Source of the DNA: an uncultured Methanosarcinales archaeon
GTDB lineage: Archaea; Nanobdellota; Nanobdellia; Woesearchaeales; UBA12501
NCBI GenBank assembly: GCA_964397315.1
Contig: CAYNHV010000010.1
Coordinates: 1 to 41,776 of the forward strand
Reading direction: 5' to 3'
Length of the DNA: 41,776 bases
Both the position numbers and the translations under genes were made by a program. Numbering within the stretch: the first letter of the stretch is position 1; every line of letters begins with the position of its first letter. The notes beneath the pieces are model-generated. The model ran no database searches, was not told the origin of the DNA, and saw nothing but the letters and a program-made list of their open reading frames with translations. Below are positions 1 to 10,044 of the stretch, piece by piece.

Positions 1-120
1 TCGGGATTTTCTTTAAACCCACTGGAAAATGGCTTTGCGCCATTTTCAATAAAAAAGATTGTCTTCTTTGATGCTCAGAAAAACCCAGAAGATAAGATTA
101 ATAAAATGAAGTCCTCCGGA

Positions 121-345
121 TTATTTCTTTTTCTTCTTGCTTTTCTTGAGGAGCCTTTCTATCTTGTTTTCTTCCTTCTCTATTTTCTCCTCTTCTTTCG
201 CAATCTTGTTGGCCATCCTTTCTATGTTCACATCAACCCTTGCTATCCTTCTTTCAAGAAGCACGAGTATTCTCAGGCTGTACACGATAGCTGCAAGCGT
301 GCCTATGATTATTGCAAGAATTACCCCGCTGAGGTCAAGACTCAT
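121..345 (-). CDS. Small membrane protein: N-terminal TM helix, coiled coil, Lys-rich tail; function unknown
   Basis: 74-aa ORF with hydrophobic GVILAIIIGTLAAIVYSL, charged heptad-like middle and KKSKKKKK end; SD-like GAGGGTGA just upstream and a TATA-like tract at ~384-398 on the minus strand. Confidence 0.8.
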   Translation of the reverse strand: MSLDLSGVILAIIIGTLAAIVYSLRILVLLERRIARVDVNIERMANKIAKEEEKIEKEENKIERLLKKSKKKKK

Positions 346-447
346 TTTATCACCCTCTTTTTTATTGAACAGGCATAGGTGGCTTTATATATAAAAATCT
401 TTCTTTTTGGAGTCGCTAGGCGAGGGCAGAGCGCCTTTTCTGCCTGC

Positions 448-1242
448 TTATTTGGTCTTGCCCCATTCAGAATCAAAAAGGTTCTTCAGTGTCTGGGAAA
501 ACAGCTCTGTGTTCACCCACACCCCAGTATCATAGGTGGGATGGACTTTTGCGTCATGAAGAAGCATGAATGTTATCTGCTGATCGTCAACAACACAGAA
601 TCTTGAGGTTAGCGCTGGCGTCTGTCTTACCTCAGCAATGCCCTTGAGGTTCTCCCTCGCCTTCTTGGCCTCTTCTGACTCTGGCGCGAGCAGCCTTATT
701 GAGACTCCTCTTTCCGTGGCTTTTTTCATCGCCTGCCTGAGGGCCTCTGATTTTCTTACAATTCCCTGCTCTGTGGTCGCTATAATGACTGATTTCTTAG
801 CGTTCTTGATCATTGATTCAAGATGGTTGTAGAGGGCCGATCTTCCCTTCAGAGAGCCTGACAGGTCTGAGGGCTCCACAAGGTCAACGCCCTGAGAGTG
901 AAGCATTTCCAGCTCTTTAAGGATTTCAGAGCCTTTCAGCTCTTCAAGCACCTTTGTCTTGTCCTCTGCATCCTTATTTATGTTCTTTTTAACTCTTTCA
1001 ACAACCTCCTCAGGAGGCACAGCAATATACTTAATCGGCTTGCCGAGTTTGGTTACTGCAAAGCCTTTCTTTTCCAGGCTTTCCAGAACATCATAAGACC
1101 TTGACCTCGGAACATTAGCAATATCAGAAAGCTCACCAGCAGTAGAAACACCCCTGGAAAGCAGGGCGGTCCAAAGCTTGCTCTCGTATGTGTTAAGCCC
1201 AAAATCCCTTAATTTATTTAAAAAGTCTTTTTGAACGAGCAT
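448..1242 (-). CDS. TrmB-family transcriptional regulator / chromatin protein (TrmBL2-like)
   Basis: N-terminal wHTH FGLNTYESKLWTALL...AGELSDIANVPRSRSYDVLESLEKKGF, followed by a PLD-like TrmB C-terminal domain (RFCVVDD). Confidence 0.9.
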   Translation of the reverse strand: MLVQKDFLNKLRDFGLNTYESKLWTALLSRGVSTAGELSDIANVPRSRSYDVLESLEKKGFAVTKLGKPIKYIAVPPEEVVERVKKNINKDAEDKTKVLEELKGSEILKELEMLHSQGVDLVEPSDLSGSLKGRSALYNHLESMIKNAKKSVIIATTEQGIVRKSEALRQAMKKATERGVSIRLLAPESEEAKKARENLKGIAEVRQTPALTSRFCVVDDQQITFMLLHDAKVHPTYDTGVWVNTELFSQTLKNLFDSEWGKTK

Positions 1243-1479
1243 TTTGTCCCTCTCTATGTTTTTATACCTTTTGCTTCACGCTTATATTGGCTGGGTTGGC
1301 TGTGCTGTCTGAGTTGCTAAACCCCCTTAGAACCTCTTTTGTGGCATTTGCGCCAGCTTAAACTGCTTTTTTACTATGGTAGGCGCAGATTATATATAAA
1401 TGTTTCGGTTTTTTAGTATTGGGCAGTAATAAAAACCTGCATTTTTCATTTTAGATGTGCTTTGTGTTTGATGAAAATA

Positions 1480-1631
1480 ATACCTCACCCCTTGATTGCG
1501 CATGGAACCGGGATTTATTATTATAATTATTGTAATAAATATATATTATTATTCAATATAGAAAATAATATAAGTTTAACAAACATCTTATTTTATGCCT
1601 GGTTTCCAAAGGAAATAGGGGGGTGAGGTAT
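1480..1631. other. Probable chromosomal replication origin (oriC): two inverted ORB-type boxes flanking an AT-rich unwinding element
   Basis: GTTTCCAAAGGAAATAGGGGGGT on + at 1602-1624 and degenerate GTTCCATGCGCAATCAAGGGGT on - at ~1487-1508; perfect 12-bp inverted repeat ATACCTCACCCC (1480-1491) / GGGGTGAGGTAT (1620-1631); almost pure A/T tract 1513-1596; directly upstream of cdc6. Confidence 0.85.
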
Positions 1632-1728
1632 GCCTGCATGATTAACACAGATATATATTTGAAAATATATTTCCCACCACAAAAGCCTTTATTAAGATGA
1701 AAACAATACTTCAGAACCCCGGTTTCTT

Positions 1729-3000
1729 ATGGAAAAAGAGAGGGCGAAAAACATGGATAAAGAAGGACTGTCAGGATTTTTTGAAGATTTCCTAAAAAAG
1801 GAACCCATATTTCTTGACAGGACAGTTCTACAATCCAATTACAAGCCAGAAGACATACCCCACAGAGAGGAGCACATCAACCAGCTTGCTCAGATACTTG
1901 CTCCTGCCCTGCGGGGGAACCGGCCATCAAATATTTTTATATACGGGAAGACAGGAACAGGAAAAACAGTGTCTGTTCAGCACACCACAAGATACCTCAC
2001 ACAAACCGCCGACAAGAACAAGAACCATCCCCTCCATGTGGCAACAATAAACTGCAAGCTGAAAAAAGTTGCTGACACCGAATACCGGATTGTTGCTCAG
2101 CTTGCCAGGGAGCTGGGGAAGGACGTTCCGATAACCGGGCTTCCCACTGATGAGGTCTACAGGGTTTTCTTTGACGCGCTTGAAAAAAAGAAGATAACAC
2201 TAATACTTGTTCTGGACGAGATAGATCACCTTATGAAAAAAACAGGAGATGAGATACTCTACAATCTCACCAGGATAAACTCAGAGCTTAAAAACTCCCA
2301 GATTTGTATTCTGGGGATATCAAATGATCTTGTTTTTGTGAATAACCTTGACCCGAGAGTTAAAAGCTCCCTTTCTGAAGAGGAAATAGTGTTTCCCCCA
2401 TACAATGCCCTTCAGATTCAGGATATACTAAAGCAGAGGGCGGCAAAGGCATTCAAGCAGGGGGTTCTTGAACCCGGGCTTGTTGAAAAGTGCGCCGCCT
2501 ATGCAGCCAGGGAGCATGGAGATGCAAGGCGCGCGCTTGAGCTGCTGAGGGTGTCTGCTGAGCTTGCCGAGAGAAGGGGCAAGGAAAAAGTCAGCATAAA
2601 GGACATTGATGGGGCAGAAGAGAAGATAGAAAAGGAGAGGATAATAGATATTGTGGTGGCCCAGCCAAAACAGTGCCAGATAACCCTCTATGCCATACTC
2701 CAGATCCACCAGAAAAGGAAAGGGACGGTCTATACAGGAGAGGTTTATGATGTCTATAAGAGGATATGCGCGAGGACAGGCATGAGGCCCCTCACCCAAA
2801 GAAGAGTGTCTGATATAGTGGCTGAATTTGATATGCTCGGCATAATAAACGCGAAGGTTGCGTCAAAAGGCAGGTATGGCAGGACAAGAGAGATTGAGCT
2901 GGCGATAAATGACAGCATAGTGGAAAAGGCAAAAAACACCCTTGAAAGGGACACAGACATAAGTTCCGGCGAGGGCGGAATCAATGCAGGCCCCCTCTGA
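1729..3000 (+). CDS. cdc6: Orc1/Cdc6 replication initiator (alternative start 1753)
   Basis: Walker A YGKTGTGKT, Walker B LVLDEID, DPRVKSSL, HGDARRALELL, C-terminal WH with LTQRRVSD...SKGRYGRTR. Confidence 0.97.
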   Translation: MEKERAKNMDKEGLSGFFEDFLKKEPIFLDRTVLQSNYKPEDIPHREEHINQLAQILAPALRGNRPSNIFIYGKTGTGKTVSVQHTTRYLTQTADKNKNHPLHVATINCKLKKVADTEYRIVAQLARELGKDVPITGLPTDEVYRVFFDALEKKKITLILVLDEIDHLMKKTGDEILYNLTRINSELKNSQICILGISNDLVFVNNLDPRVKSSLSEEEIVFPPYNALQIQDILKQRAAKAFKQGVLEPGLVEKCAAYAAREHGDARRALELLRVSAELAERRGKEKVSIKDIDGAEEKIEKERIIDIVVAQPKQCQITLYAILQIHQKRKGTVYTGEVYDVYKRICARTGMRPLTQRRVSDIVAEFDMLGIINAKVASKGRYGRTREIELAINDSIVEKAKNTLERDTDISSGEGGINAGPL

Positions 3001-4564
3001 AAAGAAAAAGGAGACAGTAAGGCATTTCCTTGATAGAAAAGTTCTTTTAGGCTCTGATTTCACTGAAAGGATTACAGAAAGCTTTGAAAAGGAGAAGCTC
3101 TGCCAGTGGCTTATGCCCCGCATTGAGGGAGGGGACTGCGTTTTTCTCAATTTTCAGCTTATTGAGCTTCTGAACAACGGGGGGCGGGTTGATTTTGCAA
3201 GACTGGAAAGAGAAAAAGCCCTCCGGGAAAAAGGCATTGACGTGGGGGAGCATAGCGGTCTGTCGAAAAAGAGCGAAAAAGACCCCTCAGAAAAGGGCGC
3301 AGCCCCAGCAGTGAACATCAAATTCTCATACGACAAGGAGCCAAAGAAAAAGGAAATCAATGATTTTGTCCAGCTCTTCAACAGAAGGTTCGAGTCTTTG
3401 AGAAAAATACTCATGAACCGTCAGGAGCTGCAGGGAGCCACCTCAATAGCAAGGGTGGCGGGAAAAAAGGAAAAAAGCGAATGCGCCATTATCGGAGCGG
3501 TGATGCAGAAAAACCATACCTCAAACAACAATATCATGCTGACCCTTGAGGACCAGACAGGCACGATAAAGGTGTTTGCAGGAAAAAACAGGCAGGACAT
3601 ATATGGGCTTGCGAGGGAGGTTGTTCTTGATGAGGTGATAGGGGTGGTGGGCACAAGCGGAGATAACATAGTTTTTTCAAACACAATCATAACCCCTGAC
3701 ATACCCGCAAACAAAGAGGTAAAAAAGGCTCCGGAAAGCGGCCACGCCATCTTCCTCTCAGACCTGCATGTGGGCAGCAAGCAGTTCCTTCCTGAAGAGT
3801 TCAGCAAATTTCTTTCCTGGATAAAAGGGGAGACAGGAACAGAAAAACAGAGGGAGACAGCTTCAAAGGTCAAGTACATCTTCATCGTCGGGGATCTGGT
3901 TGACGGCGTGGGCGTGTATCCTGAACAGGATTCAGAGCTTGTGATTCAGGACATTTACGAGCAATACCAGAGATGCGCGGAGCTCTTAAAAGAGATCCCT
4001 GAGAGAATCCGCATAATAATCTGCCCTGGAAACCACGATGCTGTGAGAATATCAGAGCCCCAGCCATGCCTCAGCAGGGAGTTTGCAAAGCCACTCTGGG
4101 AGATGCCCAACGTGACAATGGTGAGCAACCCATCCATAGTTAACATTCACTCATCAGAAGGCTTCCCTGGTTTTGATGTTCTTCTTTATCACGGATACAG
4201 CTTTGACTATTATGTGGCGAACGTTGATGTGCTCAGGGAGAAGGGGGGCTATGACCGCGCGGACCTTATAATGAGATTCCTGCTGCAAAGAAGGCACCTC
4301 GCGCCTGCTTATTCATCAACCCTTTATGTTGCGGATCCTGAGCAGGACACGCTGGTTATAGAAAAGCCGCCTGACTTCTTTGTCACAGGCCACATACACA
4401 AGTCCTTTGTTGCCAATTACAGGAACATAACCACTGTCTGCGGAAGCTGCTGGCAGTCAACCACATCCTTCCAGGAGAAAGTAGGCCATCACCCAGAGCC
4501 AGCAAGAGTTCCTGTGGTAGACCTGCAAACAAGGCAGGTCAAGATACTGAGGTTTGACAAATGA
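2984..4564 (+). CDS. polB: DNA polymerase D small (proofreading) subunit DP1
   Basis: OB fold plus calcineurin-like phosphoesterase motifs SDLHVGS, GDLVDG, PGNHD, YHG, HLAP, GHIH; follows cdc6. Confidence 0.96.
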   Translation: MQAPSEKKKETVRHFLDRKVLLGSDFTERITESFEKEKLCQWLMPRIEGGDCVFLNFQLIELLNNGGRVDFARLEREKALREKGIDVGEHSGLSKKSEKDPSEKGAAPAVNIKFSYDKEPKKKEINDFVQLFNRRFESLRKILMNRQELQGATSIARVAGKKEKSECAIIGAVMQKNHTSNNNIMLTLEDQTGTIKVFAGKNRQDIYGLAREVVLDEVIGVVGTSGDNIVFSNTIITPDIPANKEVKKAPESGHAIFLSDLHVGSKQFLPEEFSKFLSWIKGETGTEKQRETASKVKYIFIVGDLVDGVGVYPEQDSELVIQDIYEQYQRCAELLKEIPERIRIIICPGNHDAVRISEPQPCLSREFAKPLWEMPNVTMVSNPSIVNIHSSEGFPGFDVLLYHGYSFDYYVANVDVLREKGGYDRADLIMRFLLQRRHLAPAYSSTLYVADPEQDTLVIEKPPDFFVTGHIHKSFVANYRNITTVCGSCWQSTTSFQEKVGHHPEPARVPVVDLQTRQVKILRFDK

Positions 4565-5547
4565 TACTTTTTGACAAGGTTTACGGAAAGCAGGAGATCA
4601 GGGACCGGGCAGCCCTTGACATAATGAAGACAAGAGAAATGCAGAGGCTTAAGGATGTCAACCAATACGGCGCGTGGAGATATGTGACGCCTGAAATGAA
4701 AACCACCCGCTTTGAGCACAGCGTTGGCGTTTATCTGCTTTTAAGGAGCATGGGGGCAGGAAGAGAAGAGCAGATAGCCGGCCTGCTGCATGACATAGGC
4801 CACACAGCATTCTCCCACGCTTTTGATTATGCAGTGGGGAAGTCAGAGGTTCAGGACACCAACGACATTGCCCAGGAAGAAGTTTTGAGGAATTCCGGTG
4901 TCTGGGGGCGTATCCTCAGGGCAGGCATGGACCCATCCTCCCTGCTCAGGCATGATTTATTTCCTCTTCTTGAGAAGCCGCTGCCTGACCTGTGCGCTGA
5001 CAGAATAGACTATGTTTTCAGGGACAGCATATGTTACGGCATCGCCAGCAGAGAAGAGGCAGCAGGCCTTCTCTCAAGCATGGCGGCAGAGAAAAACAGG
5101 ATATTCCTTAATGACGAGGAGTTCGCTTTCAAGCTCAGCGAGATATTCATGCGTATGGACAATGAATACTGGAGAAGCCCCACCCAGGGAGCGATATATC
5201 ACCTGATGGGGGAGTCTATAAGGATAGCAATGAAAGAAAAAATTATTAACAAGGCTGACCTCTTTACAACAGACACGGAACTGATGAAAAAACTCACTGC
5301 TTCGGGGAACAAAGAGATACTAAGCAGGATATCGCTTATCAGACCGGGGATAAGGGCAGAGGACAATCCGGAGGACTATGATTTCTTTGTCCGGGGGAAG
5401 TGCAGGTACATAGATCCTCTTGTCAGCACAGGCAGGGGAGTGAGAAGGCTCTCTGAAATAAACAAGGCAGTAAAGGAGAGAATAGCGGCCTTTAGGCATG
5501 AGCATTCAAAAGGGCACCACATAAAGATAATAGAAGGGAAAAAGTAA
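4561..5547 (+). CDS. HD-domain phosphohydrolase, SAMHD1/YdhJ-like (possible dNTPase)
   Basis: TRFEHSVGV, GLLHDIGHTAFSH, LCADRIDY motifs; ATGA overlap with the DP1 stop. Confidence 0.88.
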   Translation: MILFDKVYGKQEIRDRAALDIMKTREMQRLKDVNQYGAWRYVTPEMKTTRFEHSVGVYLLLRSMGAGREEQIAGLLHDIGHTAFSHAFDYAVGKSEVQDTNDIAQEEVLRNSGVWGRILRAGMDPSSLLRHDLFPLLEKPLPDLCADRIDYVFRDSICYGIASREEAAGLLSSMAAEKNRIFLNDEEFAFKLSEIFMRMDNEYWRSPTQGAIYHLMGESIRIAMKEKIINKADLFTTDTELMKKLTASGNKEILSRISLIRPGIRAEDNPEDYDFFVRGKCRYIDPLVSTGRGVRRLSEINKAVKERIAAFRHEHSKGHHIKIIEGKK

Positions 5548-5556
5548 GAGGGGAAG

Positions 5557-8500
5557 ATGGCTGAAGCGACCAAACCAATGGAAGAATATTTCAGGAGCAT
5601 TGAGAAGAAAACGGATTCAGCATATCTCATAGCTGAAAAAGCAAGAAAAAAGGGCTTTGATCCGGAGGAGAAGGTTGACATTCCTGTGGCAAGAAACATG
5701 GCAGAGAGGGTAGAAGGCCTGATATCCTCGCTTGCCCCGCAGCTTAAGGGCAGCGGTATGACAGAAAGGATACAGGAGCTGGAAAACGAGTACGGCACCT
5801 CAGCCTGGGAAGTTGCCCTGCTTATTGCCGAGGAGGTAGCTAAAGAAAAGTTCTGCAGCTTTGACAACAAGAAAGAAGCAATGGAGATAGGCATAAGGGC
5901 GGGCTTTGCATATCACACCCTTGGCATTGTTGCAGCGCCCCTTGAGGGATTCACAGAGCTTAAGATAAAAAGAAGAAATGACGGGAAGGAGTACGTGGCT
6001 GCCTTCTACTCCGGACCCATAAGGGGGGCAGGCGGAACAGCTGCTGCATTTTCAGTTATTCTGGTTGATTATGTGAGGAAGAAGATGGGATATGAGCCCT
6101 ACGACCCCACTGAAGACGAGATAAAGAGATTCACTGCAGAGCTTCATGATTACAACGAAAGAGTTACAAACCTTCAGTATATGCCATCTGACGAGGAGAT
6201 AGAATTTCTTGCGCAGAGGATTCCTGTAGAGATAAACGGGGACCCCACAGAACAGATGGAAGTGTCAAACTATAAAGACCTCACCAGGCTGGAGACGAAC
6301 AGGGTGAGGGGGGGGATGTGCCTTGTGCTTGGGGAAGGGGTTGCCCAGAAAGCGCCAAAGATATGGAAGCGGCTTTCAAAGTGGGGGGATAAGTTTTCTA
6401 TTGACTGGAGTTTTCTCAAGGAATTCCTTGATCTGCAGGGGAGGATAAAGGCCGGGCAGGAACCCACAACAAAAGAGGATAAGGAAGATGATAGAATAAA
6501 GCCCAACTATGTTTTCATAAAGGACCTTGTGGCAGGAAGGCCCGTCTTCTCCCACCCAAAAAAGGACGGCGGTTTCAGGCTGAGGTACGGCAGGTGCAGG
6601 ACATCAGGGTATTCTGCCGCGGCAATCCACCCCTCTCTCCAGTATGTCATGAAAAAGTATGTGGCCACAGGAACCCAGATAAAGGTGGAGCGGCCGGGCA
6701 AGGCAGCGGCGCTGACAATCTGCGATTCTATTGAGGGCCCTATTGTAAAGCTTGATGATGGGAGCGTTGTCCAGCTTAATGACACTGCAGAGGCAAAGAA
6801 AAGGGCGGAGAACATTGTTGAGGTGCTCTTTCTCGGCGATATTCTTTTCAACTATGGTGACTTCTCTGAGAACAGCCACACTCTCGCGCCGCCAGGATAT
6901 TGCGAGGAATGGTACATCAGGGAGCTTGAGAAGGCAACAGTGGACATGTTCGGCAATCTAGATCCTGAGAAGCTTTCAGAGCTTCTTGGCATCTCTGTTG
7001 AGAACATAGACCGCCTCATGAAAGACCCTCTCACGCACAAGCTCGCTGCAGGCGCGGCCTTCTCTGTCTCAGAAAAACTTGGCATACCCCTACACCCCCT
7101 TTATACGTTTTACTGGAAATCCATAAGCAGGGAAGAGCTGCTTCTCCTTGTTGGCTGGCTTTCCAGGGCAAAAATAGAGAGGGACGGGCAAGGAAAAACA
7201 AGCAAGATAATACTCCCTGTGGAGGAAAAGCCCAAAAGAGCCCTTGAAAAGCTTGGGGTTACCCACTCTGTGATTGCAAAAGAGAATGTTGTCATCGGAA
7301 AAAATAATGCCGCAGCTCTTCTTTACTGCCTCAGCCTTGAAAGCAGCAGCAACATAGAAGGCCTCAAAAAGACCATAGACGAGAACAAGGAGAAAGATGT
7401 TCTTGAGATAGTGAATCTCGTCTCACCTGTTAGAATAAGAGACAAGGGGGGCGTGTTCATAGGGGCAAGGATGGGCCGGCCTGAAAAGGCAAAGATGAGG
7501 AAGCTTACCGGAAGCCCGCAGGTGCTTTTTCCTGTAGGTGATGAAGGCGGAAGGCTGAGGTCTTTCCAGGCAGCAATAGAAGCCGGGAAAATAACCGCGG
7601 ATTTCCCTATATACAAGTGTCATAAGTGCGACAAGGAAACTTTATACAGGGTATGCCACACCTGCGGCGAAAAGACCGCAAGGTTATTCATCTGCAACAT
7701 CTGCGGCCCAAAGGAGAACAGGATTTGCGAGAAGCACGGGGAGGCAGTGGGATACCAAAATAGGGAGATAAACATAAATGAATACTTTGAAAGCGCTCTG
7801 AGGCTGGCTGGCAGCATTGATTACCCTGACCTTATCAAGGGGGTCAGGGGGACCTCCAACAAGGATCATGTTCCGGAGCATCTTGCAAAAGGGATTCTCA
7901 GGGCAAAGCATGACATCTATGTCAACAAGGATGGCACCACCAGATACGACATGACAGAACTTCCAATAACCCATTTCAAGCCAAAGGAGACCAGAACGAC
8001 CATAGAAAAGCTTAGGGGGATGGGTTACACTCACGACATAAAAGGAGAGCCAGTTCATGATTCAGAACAGGTGCTTGAGCTGAAGCCCCAGGACATCATA
8101 CTGCCATCTCCCTTTGAGGTCACTGATGAGCCGTCTGATGAGGTTCTCTTCAGGGTTGCGAACTTTGTTGATGAAGAGCTGAAGAACATTTATGGAGAAA
8201 AGGCGTTCTATAAGATGAAAGGCAAGGACGACCTGGTGGGCCATCTTGTTGTGGGCCTGGCCCCCCACATCTCCACAGGCACGTTAGGAAGGATAATCGG
8301 TTTTTCCAACACCCAGGGCTGTTATGCTCATCCGATGTGGCACGCTGCGTTGAGAAGGGATTGCGATGGGGATGAATGCTGCGTTACTCTGCTTATGGAC
8401 GCACTTTTGAATTTTTCAAGACAGTATCTTCCTGACAAGAGGGGGGGAAGAACAATGGACGCGCCGCTTGTTCTCACACTGAGGGTTGTTCCTTCTGAGG

Positions 8501-9114
8501 TGGATGATATGGTGCATGGGCTGGATGTTGCTTGGAATTACCCTCTTGATTTTTATAACGCGTGCCTTGCATACAAGATGCCCTGGGAGGTTGAAGTGGA
8601 GCAGCTGGGAAAAAGGCTCAGGACAGAAAAGCAGTATGAGAAAATAGGCTACACCCACCCAGTTTCTGACATAAACGGAGGAGTCACGTGTTCCGCTTAT
8701 AAGGTCCTGCCTTCAATGGAGGAGAAGCTTAAGGGCCAGATGGAGCTTGCAGAGAAGATAAGGGCTGTTGACACCAACGATGTCGCAAAGCTTGTCATAG
8801 AAAAGCACTTTCTCAAGGACACAAAAGGAAACCTGAGGAAGTTTTCAGTGCAGAAGTTCAGGTGCGGCAAGTGCAATGAGAAATTCAGGAGACCGCCCCT
8901 CATGGGCAGGTGCACGAGATGCGGAGGAAAAATAATATTCACTGTCGCAGAAGGGTCTGTGATAAAATACCTTGAGCCTTCTATAAGCCTGGCTGAGAAA
9001 TATCATCTGCCGCCTTACCTGAGGCAGAGCCTTGAACTGGTGAAGATGAGGGTGGAGAGCGTGTTCGGAAAAGAGAGGGAAGTGCAGGAGGGGCTTGGCA
9101 AGTGGTTCGGCTGA
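5557..9114 (+). CDS. polC: DNA polymerase D large (catalytic) subunit DP2
   Basis: GPIRGAGGTA, GFRLRYGR, GARMGRPEKAKMR, catalytic RRDCDGDE, Zn fingers, C-terminal PIP-like QEGLGKWFG; no intein seen. Confidence 0.97.
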   Translation: MAEATKPMEEYFRSIEKKTDSAYLIAEKARKKGFDPEEKVDIPVARNMAERVEGLISSLAPQLKGSGMTERIQELENEYGTSAWEVALLIAEEVAKEKFCSFDNKKEAMEIGIRAGFAYHTLGIVAAPLEGFTELKIKRRNDGKEYVAAFYSGPIRGAGGTAAAFSVILVDYVRKKMGYEPYDPTEDEIKRFTAELHDYNERVTNLQYMPSDEEIEFLAQRIPVEINGDPTEQMEVSNYKDLTRLETNRVRGGMCLVLGEGVAQKAPKIWKRLSKWGDKFSIDWSFLKEFLDLQGRIKAGQEPTTKEDKEDDRIKPNYVFIKDLVAGRPVFSHPKKDGGFRLRYGRCRTSGYSAAAIHPSLQYVMKKYVATGTQIKVERPGKAAALTICDSIEGPIVKLDDGSVVQLNDTAEAKKRAENIVEVLFLGDILFNYGDFSENSHTLAPPGYCEEWYIRELEKATVDMFGNLDPEKLSELLGISVENIDRLMKDPLTHKLAAGAAFSVSEKLGIPLHPLYTFYWKSISREELLLLVGWLSRAKIERDGQGKTSKIILPVEEKPKRALEKLGVTHSVIAKENVVIGKNNAAALLYCLSLESSSNIEGLKKTIDENKEKDVLEIVNLVSPVRIRDKGGVFIGARMGRPEKAKMRKLTGSPQVLFPVGDEGGRLRSFQAAIEAGKITADFPIYKCHKCDKETLYRVCHTCGEKTARLFICNICGPKENRICEKHGEAVGYQNREININEYFESALRLAGSIDYPDLIKGVRGTSNKDHVPEHLAKGILRAKHDIYVNKDGTTRYDMTELPITHFKPKETRTTIEKLRGMGYTHDIKGEPVHDSEQVLELKPQDIILPSPFEVTDEPSDEVLFRVANFVDEELKNIYGEKAFYKMKGKDDLVGHLVVGLAPHISTGTLGRIIGFSNTQGCYAHPMWHAALRRDCDGDECCVTLLMDALLNFSRQYLPDKRGGRTMDAPLVLTLRVVPSEVDDMVHGLDVAWNYPLDFYNACLAYKMPWEVEVEQLGKRLRTEKQYEKIGYTHPVSDINGGVTCSAYKVLPSMEEKLKGQMELAEKIRAVDTNDVAKLVIEKHFLKDTKGNLRKFSVQKFRCGKCNEKFRRPPLMGRCTRCGGKIIFTVAEGSVIKYLEPSISLAEKYHLPPYLRQSLELVKMRVESVFGKEREVQEGLGKWFG

Positions 9115-9159
9115 AGCGCCCAAAAAAGAAAAAGGCCTTAAAGCAATCCCCTTATAATT

Positions 9160-9465
9160 TCATTGCTCGGGGGCAATCGCTGCCTGGGCGTGGGGTATGT
9201 CTTTTATTCTGATAATATTCTCCTTATCAACAAGACCCTTCTTTATGCAGAAGCCAACTGATTCCTCTCCTGCAGCATTCAGGTGGCACGGCCCTTTCCT
9301 TATCTCTGACATCAGCCGGTCCTCTTTCATCTCCCCTCCCCTGTAAAATTCACAATCAAGATTAAGTCTCATTCCTCCATCCTCATACACCTTTCCGAGA
9401 AGATTCCTGTCACAGACTGCTATAACCTTGCTTCCGTCTGCTCCTTTGTGTATCTTCACTATCAT
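9160..9465 (-). CDS. DUF424 family protein
   Basis: VIAVCDRNLLGK...FYRG...LNAAGEESV...IPHAQ pattern; usual neighbour of aIF2-beta. Confidence 0.85.
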   Translation of the reverse strand: MIVKIHKGADGSKVIAVCDRNLLGKVYEDGGMRLNLDCEFYRGGEMKEDRLMSEIRKGPCHLNAAGEESVGFCIKKGLVDKENIIRIKDIPHAQAAIAPEQ

Positions 9466-9497
9466 ATTATTCTCCGGAAATCATAAAAGCATATTAA

Positions 9498-9905
9498 TCA
9501 GATATGGGATTTTACAGGATGCTTTGTTCCGCAGGCAGCGCACTTGAGATAAACTGCACCTCCCTCTTTTACCAGTTCTGTGTCAGGCTTTCCGCATTCT
9601 GAGCAGAGAACGAACTCATCAGCGTATTTCCGAACCTTCTCGTTGAACCTTGACGCCGATATCTTCCTCTTCAGAACCAGCTGCCCGCCTTTTAGGCTTC
9701 CCGGGGTGGCAAGCTCTTTAAGAATGAACTTCAGGAGATGGTCAGGTGCCCTGCCAAGACTGTTTGCTATCTGTCCGAAGTTGCTTATTATAGTCTTGTT
9801 GCCTTCAATGTGGCCTCTTGCTTTTGGGATGTCAAACCTCTGTTTCTCTATTGCAGACTCTGGAAGACTCTCCATTCCCTCATCCAGCAGCTTTTCATAA
9901 TCCAT
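9498..9905 (-). CDS. eif2b: Translation initiation factor 2 subunit beta
   Basis: GNKTIISNF, KELAT, C-terminal Zn ribbon CSECGKPDT...CAACG. Confidence 0.95.
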   Translation of the reverse strand: MDYEKLLDEGMESLPESAIEKQRFDIPKARGHIEGNKTIISNFGQIANSLGRAPDHLLKFILKELATPGSLKGGQLVLKRKISASRFNEKVRKYADEFVLCSECGKPDTELVKEGGAVYLKCAACGTKHPVKSHI

Positions 9906-10044
9906 AATGGATTAGAAAAAGAGCCTGTATTTAAAGCTATTTGTGGCATGAAGCCTTTTTTGTGCTGCAGCAGGCCGGTAAAGGCAGCCGGGAGTTTTAA
10001 GCCCCACAGAAACATTTAAATACACATCATAGCAAGAACAGCCC

